Part shown: in pieces, positions 47,777-57,817 of the stretch
Position numbering within the stretch: the stretch's first letter is position 1
Layout: the number at the start of each line of letters is the position of its first letter
Source: Candidatus Caldarchaeum sp.
GTDB taxonomy: Archaea; Thermoproteota; Nitrososphaeria_A; Caldarchaeales; Caldarchaeaceae
NCBI GenBank assembly: GCA_038885755.1
Contig: JAVZZH010000001.1
Location: 352,001-416,000 of the forward strand
Length of the DNA: 64,000 bases
Direction of reading: 5' to 3'
The notes under the pieces: generated by a model
Database searches by the model: none
What the model was told of the DNA's origin: nothing
The model's input: only the letters and a program-made list of their open reading frames with translations
Program-made: the position numbers and the translations under genes

Positions 47777-48323
47777 GCTGAGGTCTCGCCTACATCCGCT
47801 TGAAGAGGGATGTATGGAGACCACCAACGGAGGAAGCTACGCGGCTGTTGCCATAGTGTTAAGAAACCTCGAGACGAATCCTGAAGTAATACTTGTAAAG
47901 AGGGCTGCGAGGCGTGACGACCCTTGGTCGGGTCAGATAGCTTTTCCGGGAGGACGACGAAAGCCATCCGACCAAAACCTCGTCCAGACGGCTCTGAGAG
48001 AGTTGGAGGAGGAGACGGGTGTCGGAGGAGATGCTGTCGAGTTTTTAGGGTCCCTGCCCTATGTGTCGCCGGCCAACTCTCCGAATTTGTTGGTCAAGCC
48101 TTTTGTAGGGCTTTTGACTGGGGAAGCTGTTTTCGTCGAAGGCAGTGAAGTTCAGAAAGTATTCTGGGCTCCTCTGCTAGGGTTGAAGCCTGTGGTTAAG
48201 CGGGTTTACTCAAAGTCGGGCAGGTGGGTTAGCAAGCACCTGTGCTACGCTTACGGCGATGAGCTGGTCTGGGGAATGACGTCCAAGCTGTTGAAACAGG
48301 TCCTGACGAGAGTAGGGCTATGA
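47766..48323 (+). CDS. NUDIX hydrolase (CoA pyrophosphatase-like)
   Basis: WSGQIAFPGG..TALRELEEETG, VWGMT. Confidence 0.88.
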   Translation: MLDRLRSRLHPLEEGCMETTNGGSYAAVAIVLRNLETNPEVILVKRAARRDDPWSGQIAFPGGRRKPSDQNLVQTALRELEEETGVGGDAVEFLGSLPYVSPANSPNLLVKPFVGLLTGEAVFVEGSEVQKVFWAPLLGLKPVVKRVYSKSGRWVSKHLCYAYGDELVWGMTSKLLKQVLTRVGL

Positions 48324-49589
48324 CCTGTGTGTCTTAGCGAACCTTTCGGCGGCTTCGACCAGAGCGTCGACGTCTTCCTTTGAGTGGGCCGCTGAGACGA
48401 AGAGATGCGGGTTGTAGGGCGGCACATACAGGATTTTCTCCATCACCATGTGTTTAGAGAACTCGATGGTAAGCTTCAGGTCCTTGGTCCTGTTCGCCGT
48501 ATGTATGTCGACCGGCTTCTCCTTCGTGAAGTGTACGCAGACAAGCGACCCTATTCCCGTGATGTGGGCGTTCAGAGGCTCGAGGGCCTCCTCAAGCCCC
48601 TCCCTTGCCCTCCTTCCTAAGCTGTCTAGGTGGTCGTAGACAAGGCCTTTCTCAAGCTCTTTAAGCAGGACGTAGCCAGCCCTCATGGCCAAGGGGTTGC
48701 CGCTGTATGTTCCTCCGTGAAAAACTCTCTCGTAAGGCATAGGCCTCTTCTTGTGGTCTAGAACCTCCATTATCTCAGACCTGCCGCAGAAGGCTCCTGT
48801 CGGGAAAGGCCCTCCGCCGACGCATTTACCCAGCACAGTCATGTCTGGGATAACTCCGTAAAGCTTCTGAGCTCCTCCCGGCGAAAGCCTAAACCCGGTG
48901 ATCACCTCATCGAATATCAGAACAGCCCCGATAGCGTCGCATAACTCTCTCAACCCCTTGAGATATTCACGGTCGGCTGGTATGAACCCTCCGGCTCCCA
49001 GCACGGGCTCGACGACTATGGCCGCAACCTCCTTCCCCCTCACCCTCCGCTCGACTCCTTCGAGGTCGTTGAAGGGTAGAAGCAGGGTGTTGGCTGTGGC
49101 TTCTTCAGGCAAACCCAGTGTGGAAGGCTTGTCGACGGGGTAGGAAACACCCACCTGCAGCCCGTCGTACCCGCCGTGCCATCCTCCCTCGATCTTGCCC
49201 ACGAGCTTCCTGCCGGTGAAACCTCTAGCCGTTCGGACGGCGTACATGTTGGCCTCCGTTCCGCTGTTAGTCGGCCTGACCTTCTCAGCGGAGGGAATCA
49301 TGCTGCAGACCTGCTTAGCCCACTTGACCTCCCAAGGATGAGCATAACCGAAATGAGCACCCTTCCACAGCTGTTCAGAGGCAGCCTCCAGAACAGGCCT
49401 GTAGCAGTGGCCCATCAACAGGGCTCCGTGGCCCATCCAGAAGTCGACATACCTGACCCCGTGCAAGTCCCATACATACGCCCCCTCAGCCCTCTCGACA
49501 TAAACAGGCCTCGGGTCGATGTATCTGACGCTGTAGGTGACCCCTGCAGGAAGATACTTTATTGCTTCCTCAAAAAGCTCCTGCTCCAT
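48318..49589 (-). CDS. hemL: Class III aminotransferase, glutamate-1-semialdehyde aminomutase-like
   Basis: NSGTEA, IFDEVITGFR, GKCVGGG, GTYSGNP. Confidence 0.75.
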   Translation of the reverse strand: MEQELFEEAIKYLPAGVTYSVRYIDPRPVYVERAEGAYVWDLHGVRYVDFWMGHGALLMGHCYRPVLEAASEQLWKGAHFGYAHPWEVKWAKQVCSMIPSAEKVRPTNSGTEANMYAVRTARGFTGRKLVGKIEGGWHGGYDGLQVGVSYPVDKPSTLGLPEEATANTLLLPFNDLEGVERRVRGKEVAAIVVEPVLGAGGFIPADREYLKGLRELCDAIGAVLIFDEVITGFRLSPGGAQKLYGVIPDMTVLGKCVGGGPFPTGAFCGRSEIMEVLDHKKRPMPYERVFHGGTYSGNPLAMRAGYVLLKELEKGLVYDHLDSLGRRAREGLEEALEPLNAHITGIGSLVCVHFTKEKPVDIHTANRTKDLKLTIEFSKHMVMEKILYVPPYNPHLFVSAAHSKEDVDALVEAAERFAKTHRS

Positions 49590-49712
49590 AGGTTAAGCAG
49601 GTCGTATGCAGTTTAAAAACATGAGCGTGTTCCCCCGGTATGTAGGCTGGAATATTCGACAACGCTCGAAAAGCAAAAGATTTAATCGCTTCAAAACCAA
49701 GCTCCAGCTGGG

Positions 49713-49805
49713 ATGCTTGGTGTGAGGCAGCGCATCACTGCCACAGCGCTTATCGCAGCCGACCTTCTATTCCTATTCTTCATCATCTATTTCGCATATC
49801 TGTAA
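49713..49805 (+). CDS. Putative 30-aa single-TM microprotein
   Basis: MLGVRQRITATALIAADLLFLFFIIYFAYL; A-rich BRE plus TTTAAT at 49681, 27-32 nt upstream. Confidence 0.5.
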   Translation: MLGVRQRITATALIAADLLFLFFIIYFAYL

Positions 49806-49841
49806 GATCTTATATAGCGGCGTCCCCACCTGTGGTCAGTC

Positions 49842-51170
49842 ATGGAGACTTTAGCAGAGCCGCAGCAGGCCTACTTCAGGGTCTTGGAGCTGATGGAGAA
49901 GCATCAAGAGTTGTTCAGAAAGTCAATACCGTTAGTTGCCAGCGAGAACGTGGTCAGCCCGGCAGTAAGGGAGGCGATGGCCAGCGACCTCCAGCACAGG
50001 TATGCGGAGGGATGGCCCGGTGAAAGGCTTTACGCTGGATGCAAGTACATAGACGAGATAGAGCTGTTGGCTGTAGAGCTGGGTAAGCAGGTTTACAGAG
50101 CCGAGTTTGTGGACGTTAGGCCTATTTCAGGAGTTGTGGCAAACCTTGTGGCTTACTGCACTTTCGCACGTCCGGGGGACATGATGGTTGCTTTAACGAT
50201 TCCTCACGGAGGCCACATAAGCCACGGCAAGGAAAAGTGGGGGGGAACCGCTGGAGTGGTTAGAGGGCTTGAGGTCGAGAGGTACGAGTTCAACGAAGAC
50301 CTGCACGAGATAGACGTGGACGCAACAGCTCGGAGGCTCAGGCGGATAGAGTCTGAGACAGGGAAAAAGCCCAGGCTTTTCATGCTGGGAGCCAGCGTCT
50401 TCCTCTTCCCCCACCCGGTTAAAGAGATAAGGACGCTGGCCGACGAGTACGGCGCCTACCTCGTCTACGACGGCGCCCACGTAGCCGGCTTGATAGCTGG
50501 CGGTAAGTTTCAAGACCCTCTCAGGGAGGGCGCGGACTGCATGACGTTAAGCACTCACAAGACGCTGGCCGGACCCCAGCACGGAATGGTCGTGTCGTGG
50601 TCGAAGTACGCCGAACGGCTCAAGCAAGTAGCTTTCCCAGGCCTTCTATCGAACCATCATCTACACGCCGTAGCAGGCGTGGCAATAGCTCTGGCTGAAG
50701 CTCTCGCATTCTACAGAGAATACGCCATGCAGATCATAAGAAACGCCAAAGTCTTGGCCGAGTCTCTGTATGAACAGGGTGTCCAAGTCCTTTACGAAAA
50801 CAGGGGTTTCACCGAATCCCACACCCTGATAGCAGACGTGTCGAAGTACATGGACGGCAGGACTGCCGAGGAGAAGCTTGAGAGAGCCGGCATTATTCTG
50901 AACAGGAACCTCATCCCAAAAGACTACAAGATGAAGACCGACTACAGGAAGCCAAGCGGCATAAGGATGGGCACGCAGGAGGTGACACGTCTGGGCATGA
51001 ACGAGTCCGAGATGAAGCACATAGCGACGCTGATTGCGGACGTTGTTGTGCGGGGTAGGAACCCGGTGGAGGTTGCTGAAGAGGTCGCCGAGTTCAGGAA
51101 AGACTACCGTAAGGTCAGGTTTTGCTTCGAGTCTGCGACAGGCGCCTACGACTACGTCAGGATTAGGTGA
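49842..51170 (+). CDS. glyA: Serine hydroxymethyltransferase
   Basis: LVASEN, YAEG, GGHISH, STHKT, SGIRMGT. Confidence 0.96.
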   Translation: METLAEPQQAYFRVLELMEKHQELFRKSIPLVASENVVSPAVREAMASDLQHRYAEGWPGERLYAGCKYIDEIELLAVELGKQVYRAEFVDVRPISGVVANLVAYCTFARPGDMMVALTIPHGGHISHGKEKWGGTAGVVRGLEVERYEFNEDLHEIDVDATARRLRRIESETGKKPRLFMLGASVFLFPHPVKEIRTLADEYGAYLVYDGAHVAGLIAGGKFQDPLREGADCMTLSTHKTLAGPQHGMVVSWSKYAERLKQVAFPGLLSNHHLHAVAGVAIALAEALAFYREYAMQIIRNAKVLAESLYEQGVQVLYENRGFTESHTLIADVSKYMDGRTAEEKLERAGIILNRNLIPKDYKMKTDYRKPSGIRMGTQEVTRLGMNESEMKHIATLIADVVVRGRNPVEVAEEVAEFRKDYRKVRFCFESATGAYDYVRIR

Positions 51171-51177
51171 GCTGAAG

Positions 51178-51891
51178 ATGGATGAGGATTATGTTGTAGT
51201 GGTCAAGAACCTCAAGAAGGTTTACAGGAGCAACGGCGTTGAGACAGTGGCTTTAAACGGCGTGGACCTGAAGATTAAACGGGGTGAGATGATTGCTATC
51301 GTCGGGCCGAGCGGAAGCGGCAAATCCACGCTGCTGAACATGCTCGGCGCTCTGGACAAGCCTACGGAGGGAAGCGTAATCATAGACGGCGTCGACATCA
51401 GCAGTATAGACGACAACAAGAGAGCCGAGTTCCGGAACAAGAAGATAGGATTTGTGTTCCAGTCATACAACCTGATCAACAGGCTGCAGGTTGTGAAGAA
51501 CGTCGAGCTGCCTCTGATGGTTCTAGAGGTTCCTGAGGACAGGAGGAGAAAACTAGCCCTCAGCATGCTCAGGGAGGTGGGCCTCGATTCGAAGTCTTTT
51601 AAAAAACCAACACAGCTGAGCGGCGGAGAACAGCAGAGAGTAGCGATAGCCAGAGCTCTGGTAACAGAGCCGAGCATTATTCTGGCGGATGAGCCCACCG
51701 GCAACCTTGACTCCAAGTCGGGAGCTGTCGTCGTTAACCTGCTGAGAGAGCTTGCACGTCGGGGGAACACAGTCATAGTCGTCACCCATAACATGGAGGT
51801 CGCCGCGGCGGCTGACCGCATCATCTACATCAAGGACGGTAAGATAGAAAAAGAGGAGATAGTTCGGTTGCCTCAAGCGGAACAGTCATGA
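51178..51891 (+). CDS. ABC transporter ATP-binding protein (LolD/MacB-like)
   Basis: GPSGSGKS, LSGGEQQRVAIARA, ADEPTGNLD. Confidence 0.93.
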   Translation: MDEDYVVVVKNLKKVYRSNGVETVALNGVDLKIKRGEMIAIVGPSGSGKSTLLNMLGALDKPTEGSVIIDGVDISSIDDNKRAEFRNKKIGFVFQSYNLINRLQVVKNVELPLMVLEVPEDRRRKLALSMLREVGLDSKSFKKPTQLSGGEQQRVAIARALVTEPSIILADEPTGNLDSKSGAVVVNLLRELARRGNTVIVVTHNMEVAAAADRIIYIKDGKIEKEEIVRLPQAEQS

Positions 51892-53852
51892 AAACAATTG
51901 TTCTGCTCCTGTCAGCGATGGTGCTGGCGGCCGGGCTTACTGTGTTGCAGGCCCAAGGCCTTACTCTTCAGGTCGTCGACCTTTCGTGGGGAAGTCCGTC
52001 GAACCCTGAGAAAGCTGTCCCCGGAGACAGCAACGTTGAGTTGAGCGTCGTCGTGGCCAACATAGGCAACAAGCCGGTGTGCTCTCTGGAGGCCGAGATC
52101 CTGCCAAAGCTCAACAGAAGCCTGCCGATCACGAGCTGGGAGACGGGCAAGCCCTTGAAGGCCTTCCTCCAGACTCAGCTAAACCCCGGAGCGATGGGGA
52201 CGCTGGTCTTCAGGGTAAACGTCCTCGAGGACGTCAGCCCGGGTAGGTACGAGGCAGACCTCAGGCTCTTCTTCAGGGAATGCAGTTCAACCTCCGACTT
52301 CCTGCCGACAGCCCAGACGGTCTCATCCATCGTCATCCAAGTATACCCGCCTCCATCCCTGCGGATAGTCAGAACAGCGTGGTTCGTCGACGGCGTCGAG
52401 AGGTCGGTTGGGCCGGGCTCCGGGCCAGCGGTATTACGAGTATACTTGGAGGCTCCCTTAGAAACTTCGATAAGCAACGTCGAGATGAGGATTTCGCCTC
52501 CGAGAGGGTTCACGGGAAAGACCCTGTACGACGCCTACCTCGAGAGGGTACCGGCCGGCAGCGTCTTCACTCTCGAGTTCCCGCTGGTCGTGACTGAAGA
52601 AGCACAGGTCGGCGCACACTCTTTCATGGCTGAAATAACATACAGGAATAAGTACGGTACGATGTTGAGGAGTGTTCGAGCCTTTGACGTGGACGTTCTG
52701 GGGAGGGAGGAGATAGTTGTCGAATCTGCCGCTCAGTCTGTCGCGAAAGGCTCATACGGCACTCTCAAACTCTTGTTAAAAAATACAGGCTCAGCCCCCG
52801 CGTACAACGTCGAGCTTGTTCTGCGTCCCGAGGATCCTAGAATAGATGTTCTCGATGCGAAGCTGTCCGTGGGTATTCTCCAGCCGGGAGAACGGAGGGA
52901 GGTTGGCTTCAACGTGTTCACCGACCGTTCAGCCGAAGCATCGGTCTACATCGCCACAGCCGCCCTAGAGTACAGGGACGGGTACGCCAAAATCAGGTCT
53001 AAGGAGTTCAGAATAGCTTTCAACGTCGTTGAGGAGTTCAGGCGAGGGTTCAAGGCGACGGCAAGCCAGAAATACATCAATGCAGGCTCCTCATCATCCG
53101 TCGAGCTTACAGTTCTAAACGAAAACCCCTACACGGTCCGTGAAGTACGGATATCTGTGTTGCCCGACGCTCCTTCGATCACAGTGGTTGAGGGCGAAAC
53201 TAGGGCGGTCTTGGATTCGATGAGGGCCGGCGAGTCTTACGTGATGCCGTTGAAGATTCTCGCAACATCCCAGGCAGGAGATTCTGTGGCTACGATTACC
53301 GCCTCTGTGGAGTACCGGGACCAAGCCGGGGTCAGGGTCGTTGAGAACTTGGCGGTGTCGTTAGCGGTGAGAGCGGACATAGACATCAAGTTCAAAGGGG
53401 TTCAGCTTTCTCCCTCAAGGGTTAGGCCGGGAGAGACTGTCGACGTGGCTGGCGATGTTGTAAACGAAGGGTCGAACATAGCCAGAGCCGTGGCGGTCGA
53501 GCTTAACGGCGGGCCTCCTTACGAAGCCTTGGGAGAGTCAAGGTCTGTCGTCGGTCTAGTCAACCCTTCACAGGTCTCCGCATTCACGCTAAACTTTAGA
53601 GTCCAGAACAACGCACAGCCGGGCAAGTACAGCGTCGTCGTAAAAGCCTCGTACAGAAACGGGTTCGGTGAACTGTTTAGCAAAGAGACTGTATTGGAGT
53701 ATGAGGTGGTTCAAGGCAGCCAGCAGCCTGCAACAACGGTCTCCCCCGCTGCTCAGCAGAGGTTCGACCCGCTTCTAGTCGCTGTGGTTGCTGCTGTTGT
53801 CCTAGCCCTGACCGGGATTGTTCTTCTTAGGAGAAGAAGGAAGCGGGAATGA
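51888..53852 (+). CDS. S-layer-domain (COG1361-like) Ig-fold surface protein
   Basis: Signal peptide, repeated N.G..A.NV and PG.Y motifs, C-terminal TM plus RRRRK. Confidence 0.8.
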   Translation: MKTIVLLLSAMVLAAGLTVLQAQGLTLQVVDLSWGSPSNPEKAVPGDSNVELSVVVANIGNKPVCSLEAEILPKLNRSLPITSWETGKPLKAFLQTQLNPGAMGTLVFRVNVLEDVSPGRYEADLRLFFRECSSTSDFLPTAQTVSSIVIQVYPPPSLRIVRTAWFVDGVERSVGPGSGPAVLRVYLEAPLETSISNVEMRISPPRGFTGKTLYDAYLERVPAGSVFTLEFPLVVTEEAQVGAHSFMAEITYRNKYGTMLRSVRAFDVDVLGREEIVVESAAQSVAKGSYGTLKLLLKNTGSAPAYNVELVLRPEDPRIDVLDAKLSVGILQPGERREVGFNVFTDRSAEASVYIATAALEYRDGYAKIRSKEFRIAFNVVEEFRRGFKATASQKYINAGSSSSVELTVLNENPYTVREVRISVLPDAPSITVVEGETRAVLDSMRAGESYVMPLKILATSQAGDSVATITASVEYRDQAGVRVVENLAVSLAVRADIDIKFKGVQLSPSRVRPGETVDVAGDVVNEGSNIARAVAVELNGGPPYEALGESRSVVGLVNPSQVSAFTLNFRVQNNAQPGKYSVVVKASYRNGFGELFSKETVLEYEVVQGSQQPATTVSPAAQQRFDPLLVAVVAAVVLALTGIVLLRRRRKRE

Positions 53853-55078
53853 AGACACATGACTACGTTAGGTTTGCTTGGTCAGCTCTCAAAGACAGGC
53901 GGCTGCGAACAACGCTGACAATCCTCGGAATAGTCGTGGGACCTGCCTTGATAACGGCTCTTAACGCAACCACCGCAGGCCTGACGCAGAACATTATATC
54001 AAACCTCCAGGTCTTCGGCGCCGACATCATACTCATCCAACGCGTAGGCGACTTCAACCTCGACGACGCCGTGATAAAGAACATACGCCAGATACCTGGA
54101 GTGAAAGAGGTTTATCCCTACTACTTGATAGCTTCAGGAGAAATCAAGACTAGGGGCAAGACCTTCCCCATGGACCCTGTCCGCTCCTACACCATTCTGG
54201 CGGTCAACCTCAAGGACCTGCCGAACCTGTTCCCCAACATCAGGCTGGAGGCCGGGGAGATCATAGACAACCCCTCCTACGCACTAGCAGGGTACAGCGC
54301 TTGGAACCCCAAAGACCCAGACATACCGGCGATAGACCTAGGCTCTCTGTTCACGGCCTCTACTGGGGCCGCTACAAGGTCTTTCTCGGTCTCCGGAAGG
54401 TTTGACAGGTATGGTCAGGCTCTCTTCCTCAACCCCGACACTCAGATATTCGTCAACCTGGATGCGGGCAGGCTTCTAACCAACCGTAGAAGCTACAGCG
54501 GAGCCTTCGTGAGAATAACAGACCCCGGCGTGAGCGACAGCGTGGTTTTAGAGCTTGAGAACAGGTACGGCGAGAACATCAGGGTCTTCTCCATCACGGC
54601 TATATCCGAAACGGTCCAGCAGATTATCGGCACGCTAAACGTTTTCTTCTCATCCGTCGCTTCGATGAGCCTTCTCGTCGCTTTCCTAGGCATCATGACC
54701 ACCATGTTCACCTCGGTGAACGAAAGGGTTAGGGAGATCGGGCTGGTGAAGGCGCTCGGGTTCAAGACGAGAGACGTAATGCTGAATTTCTTGACGGAGG
54801 CCTTCATCATAGGGCTCATAGGCGGGGTGGTTGGAACCGCTGCAGGAGTCGCGACATCGTTCGTGCTGGCCGATATCTTCTCAGGCCCGCCAGCAGAAAG
54901 CAGGCCTGGAACCTTCACCACGGGCGGTCCACAGGAGGTTAGAATAACACCGGTCATAACTGTTGAGCTGGTGGCCACGGGCGTGCTCGTGGCTGTCTTC
55001 GTATCCATTCTCGCCGGTCTCATCCCAGCCTACAGAGCTTCCAAACTAGAGCCGATCGAGGCCCTGAGGCGTGAGTAA
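53849..55078 (+). CDS. ABC permease (MacB/FtsX family)
   Basis: RTTLTILGIVVG, SVNERVREIG, PAYRASKLEPIEALRRE. Confidence 0.92.
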   Translation: MKTHDYVRFAWSALKDRRLRTTLTILGIVVGPALITALNATTAGLTQNIISNLQVFGADIILIQRVGDFNLDDAVIKNIRQIPGVKEVYPYYLIASGEIKTRGKTFPMDPVRSYTILAVNLKDLPNLFPNIRLEAGEIIDNPSYALAGYSAWNPKDPDIPAIDLGSLFTASTGAATRSFSVSGRFDRYGQALFLNPDTQIFVNLDAGRLLTNRRSYSGAFVRITDPGVSDSVVLELENRYGENIRVFSITAISETVQQIIGTLNVFFSSVASMSLLVAFLGIMTTMFTSVNERVREIGLVKALGFKTRDVMLNFLTEAFIIGLIGGVVGTAAGVATSFVLADIFSGPPAESRPGTFTTGGPQEVRITPVITVELVATGVLVAVFVSILAGLIPAYRASKLEPIEALRRE

Positions 55079-55118
55079 ACGGTTGTGTTTTTATTGACGT
55101 GAGAAGCATTATGTCCGC

Positions 55119-56402
55119 ATGCTGAACATCAAACATATAAGAGCCGACCCAGACTACTTCCGGCGCGGGCTCGCTAGAAGGGGGTTAGCGGCTGACGTCG
55201 TAGACAGGATTCTGGAGCTGGACGCCAGCAGGAGGTCCCTGCTGAAGAGGGTTGAAGAGCTAAGGCATCTTAGGAACTTGGCTGCCGAAGCCGTTGCGGC
55301 TGCGAAGAAGAGAGGGGAAAAGGCTGATGAGCACTTATCTAGGATGAGGCAGGTTAACGAGCAGATCGATGCGTGCGAAAAAGAGCTGGAGAACGTAGAG
55401 TCGAAGCTCCACAGCCTGCTGTACAACACTCCGAACGTTCCCCATGAATCGGTTCCGGACGGCGATTCGGAGGAGTTCAACCAGACTGTGAGGGCTTGGG
55501 GTGAGGTCAGGAGGGAGGAGTGGATCAGGGACCATGTGGAGGTGTTGAAGGGCTTGGGGATGGCCGACCTCGAGGCCGCAGCCTCTGTGGCTGGAGCTCG
55601 TTTCTACTACTTGTTCGACGACCTCGTCCTCCTCAACATGGCTCTAGCGAGGTATGCGCTCGAGTTTCTACGTGCTAAAGGGTTCAGACTAGTCCAGCCG
55701 CCTTACATGCTGACCCGGCGTGTGATGGAGGGAGTTGTCTCTTTCCAAGAGTTTCAAGACATGCTCTACAAGGTGGAGGGTGAGGAGCTTTATCTCATAG
55801 GAACGGCGGAGCACGCAATAGCGGGCCTGCACGCGGGCGATGTTCTGGACGGCAGAACCCTACCCCTTAGATACGCAGGTGTAAGCCCGTGTTTCAGGAG
55901 AGAGGCCGGAGCTCACGGCAAAGACACCAAGGGTATTTTCCGTGTCCACCAGTTCGAGAAGGTTGAACAGTTCAGCTTCACGAAACCAAGCCAGTCATGG
56001 AGCGAGCACGAGTATCTCATATCCAACGCCGAGGAAATATACCGTTCTCTGGGACTACCCTACAGGGTTGTGAACATCTGCATGGGGGAGCTGGGGTCGA
56101 TCGCCGCGAAAAAATACGACCTCGAGGTCTGGATGCCTGCTCAGGGAAGATACAGGGAGCTTGTGTCCTGCAGCAACTGCACCGACTACCAAGCGGTCAG
56201 GCTTAACATCAGGTATCGTGAGGAACCGCACGTCGAGGAGACAGAGTTCGTCCACACCTTGAACAGCACGGCCGTGGCTACCGAGAGGACGATAGTGGCT
56301 ATACTCGAAAACTACCAGCGGAGGGACGGCAGCGTCGACGTTCCGGAGGTTCTTCAGCCCTACATGAACGGGGTATCGGTGATCAGGAGTACTGCTCGAT
56401 AG
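55119..56402 (+). CDS. serS: Serine-tRNA ligase
   Basis: GTAE, FRREAG, RVHQFEKVE, SCSNCTDYQA, HTLNST. Confidence 0.97.
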   Translation: MLNIKHIRADPDYFRRGLARRGLAADVVDRILELDASRRSLLKRVEELRHLRNLAAEAVAAAKKRGEKADEHLSRMRQVNEQIDACEKELENVESKLHSLLYNTPNVPHESVPDGDSEEFNQTVRAWGEVRREEWIRDHVEVLKGLGMADLEAAASVAGARFYYLFDDLVLLNMALARYALEFLRAKGFRLVQPPYMLTRRVMEGVVSFQEFQDMLYKVEGEELYLIGTAEHAIAGLHAGDVLDGRTLPLRYAGVSPCFRREAGAHGKDTKGIFRVHQFEKVEQFSFTKPSQSWSEHEYLISNAEEIYRSLGLPYRVVNICMGELGSIAAKKYDLEVWMPAQGRYRELVSCSNCTDYQAVRLNIRYREEPHVEETEFVHTLNSTAVATERTIVAILENYQRRDGSVDVPEVLQPYMNGVSVIRSTAR

Positions 56403-57720
56403 AGCTGGACACGTAAGCGGCGAGCTTTTGCGGCATCTCGAGCGCTGAAGGTTCGGCGCTTCTCAGCAGATAGCTGGAGGAGGCGGTTGAGAGCAGAGGA
56501 TCGGCCCCCGACCCGATGAACCATGCCACCAATGCTTGTGCGTATGCGTGGTAAGCCTGCGTCAAAGGTCTTCCCATCCAGTTGAGGTAGGTTTTCGACC
56601 CGTTTGTCATCGAGTCAACCTCGCCCACAACGTATATCGGTGCAGCAAGCTTTCGGCACAGCTCCTCAACATCTTTCAGAAGCGTCTGATAGCTTTGTCT
56701 CAGCTCGCCTGCTAGGGGTTTTTCACTGAACAAAACGTAAACAGGGTTTACGCCGGCGGTGGCTAGGTTGGAGACGACCACTGGCTGGCTTCGGGGGAGG
56801 AAGGGCTTTACGCTTGAAGGGTTCACGTCCCCCGCTAGGAGGACGGACCTAGAGGCTGCCACGGCGTAGCGGAGCTCAGGGTTTTCGACTAGCATGTCGA
56901 GGTTGCAGAAAGCTGTGAAGCCTTTCAACGAGGTGAGGAACTCCCGCACCCTCTCGTCAGGCCCCTTCTCTCCAAAAATGTATGCAATCCTCCCCGTGTA
57001 GAGCTTCTCCTTGCCGGCTCTCTTGACCAGCAGCTTCAACTGCCCAGGCCCTGCAACAAGTCCCGCCTCAGCGGGTATGCCGATCTTCTCCACGACCGTC
57101 TTCTCCTGCAATCTCCGATGGACGGGCTTAGGCATGTGGAGAGCCACGACTAGGTCGGGCTGGAAAAACCCCTCGCCCTCCCCCGTGTCTGGGTCCAGGC
57201 CCGTGGGTATGTCGACCGAGAGTTTGAAGGCTTTGGAGCTGTTGGCCAGGTCTACGGCTGTTTTGAATACACCCGAAAGCCCTCCTCTGGCCCCCGTCCC
57301 GAGGATTGCGTCGACGATGACGTCGGCTTGGCTGAACGACTCCACGTGCTGCAGAAGCTCTTCAGCAGAGTCTACGCCGGCAAGCGTTATCGAGAGCTTC
57401 ATGTTCCTAACAGTCTCGAAGTTTCGCTTGGACTCTTCTGTCTTTATCTTCGAGGGGTCTGCGAGCATCAGAACCTTCGTCTCAACCCCCATGCCGGCGA
57501 GATGTCTTGCAGCGGCCAGCCCGTCTCCGCCGTTGTTCCCCGGCCCGCACAGCACGAGCACCTTCCTCCCCCCGGTATCCTTCAAGACGTTTAAAACCGC
57601 CTCCGCCACAGCCCTGCCGGCGTTCTCCATAAGAACAACCCGCTTCAAACCCATCCATTCACAGTTCTCATCAACAACCGTCATCTCATCAGAACTGATA
57701 GTTCCAGGCGCGGAAACCAA
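56383..57720 (-). CDS. nnrE: NAD(P)H-hydrate epimerase with degenerate C-terminal domain
   Basis: LMENAG, GPGNNGGDG, DAILGTG, VDIPTG. Confidence 0.85.
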   Translation of the reverse strand: MVSAPGTISSDEMTVVDENCEWMGLKRVVLMENAGRAVAEAVLNVLKDTGGRKVLVLCGPGNNGGDGLAAARHLAGMGVETKVLMLADPSKIKTEESKRNFETVRNMKLSITLAGVDSAEELLQHVESFSQADVIVDAILGTGARGGLSGVFKTAVDLANSSKAFKLSVDIPTGLDPDTGEGEGFFQPDLVVALHMPKPVHRRLQEKTVVEKIGIPAEAGLVAGPGQLKLLVKRAGKEKLYTGRIAYIFGEKGPDERVREFLTSLKGFTAFCNLDMLVENPELRYAVAASRSVLLAGDVNPSSVKPFLPRSQPVVVSNLATAGVNPVYVLFSEKPLAGELRQSYQTLLKDVEELCRKLAAPIYVVGEVDSMTNGSKTYLNWMGRPLTQAYHAYAQALVAWFIGSGADPLLSTASSSYLLRSAEPSALEMPQKLAAYVSSSIEQYS

Positions 57721-57817
57721 GCCAACAACCCTCTCAAGATATTTTTATATAAACATTACAACAGCAGAACACCAACACACTACGCCGATATGTCTAGTCC
57801 TTAACAATACCATTACC

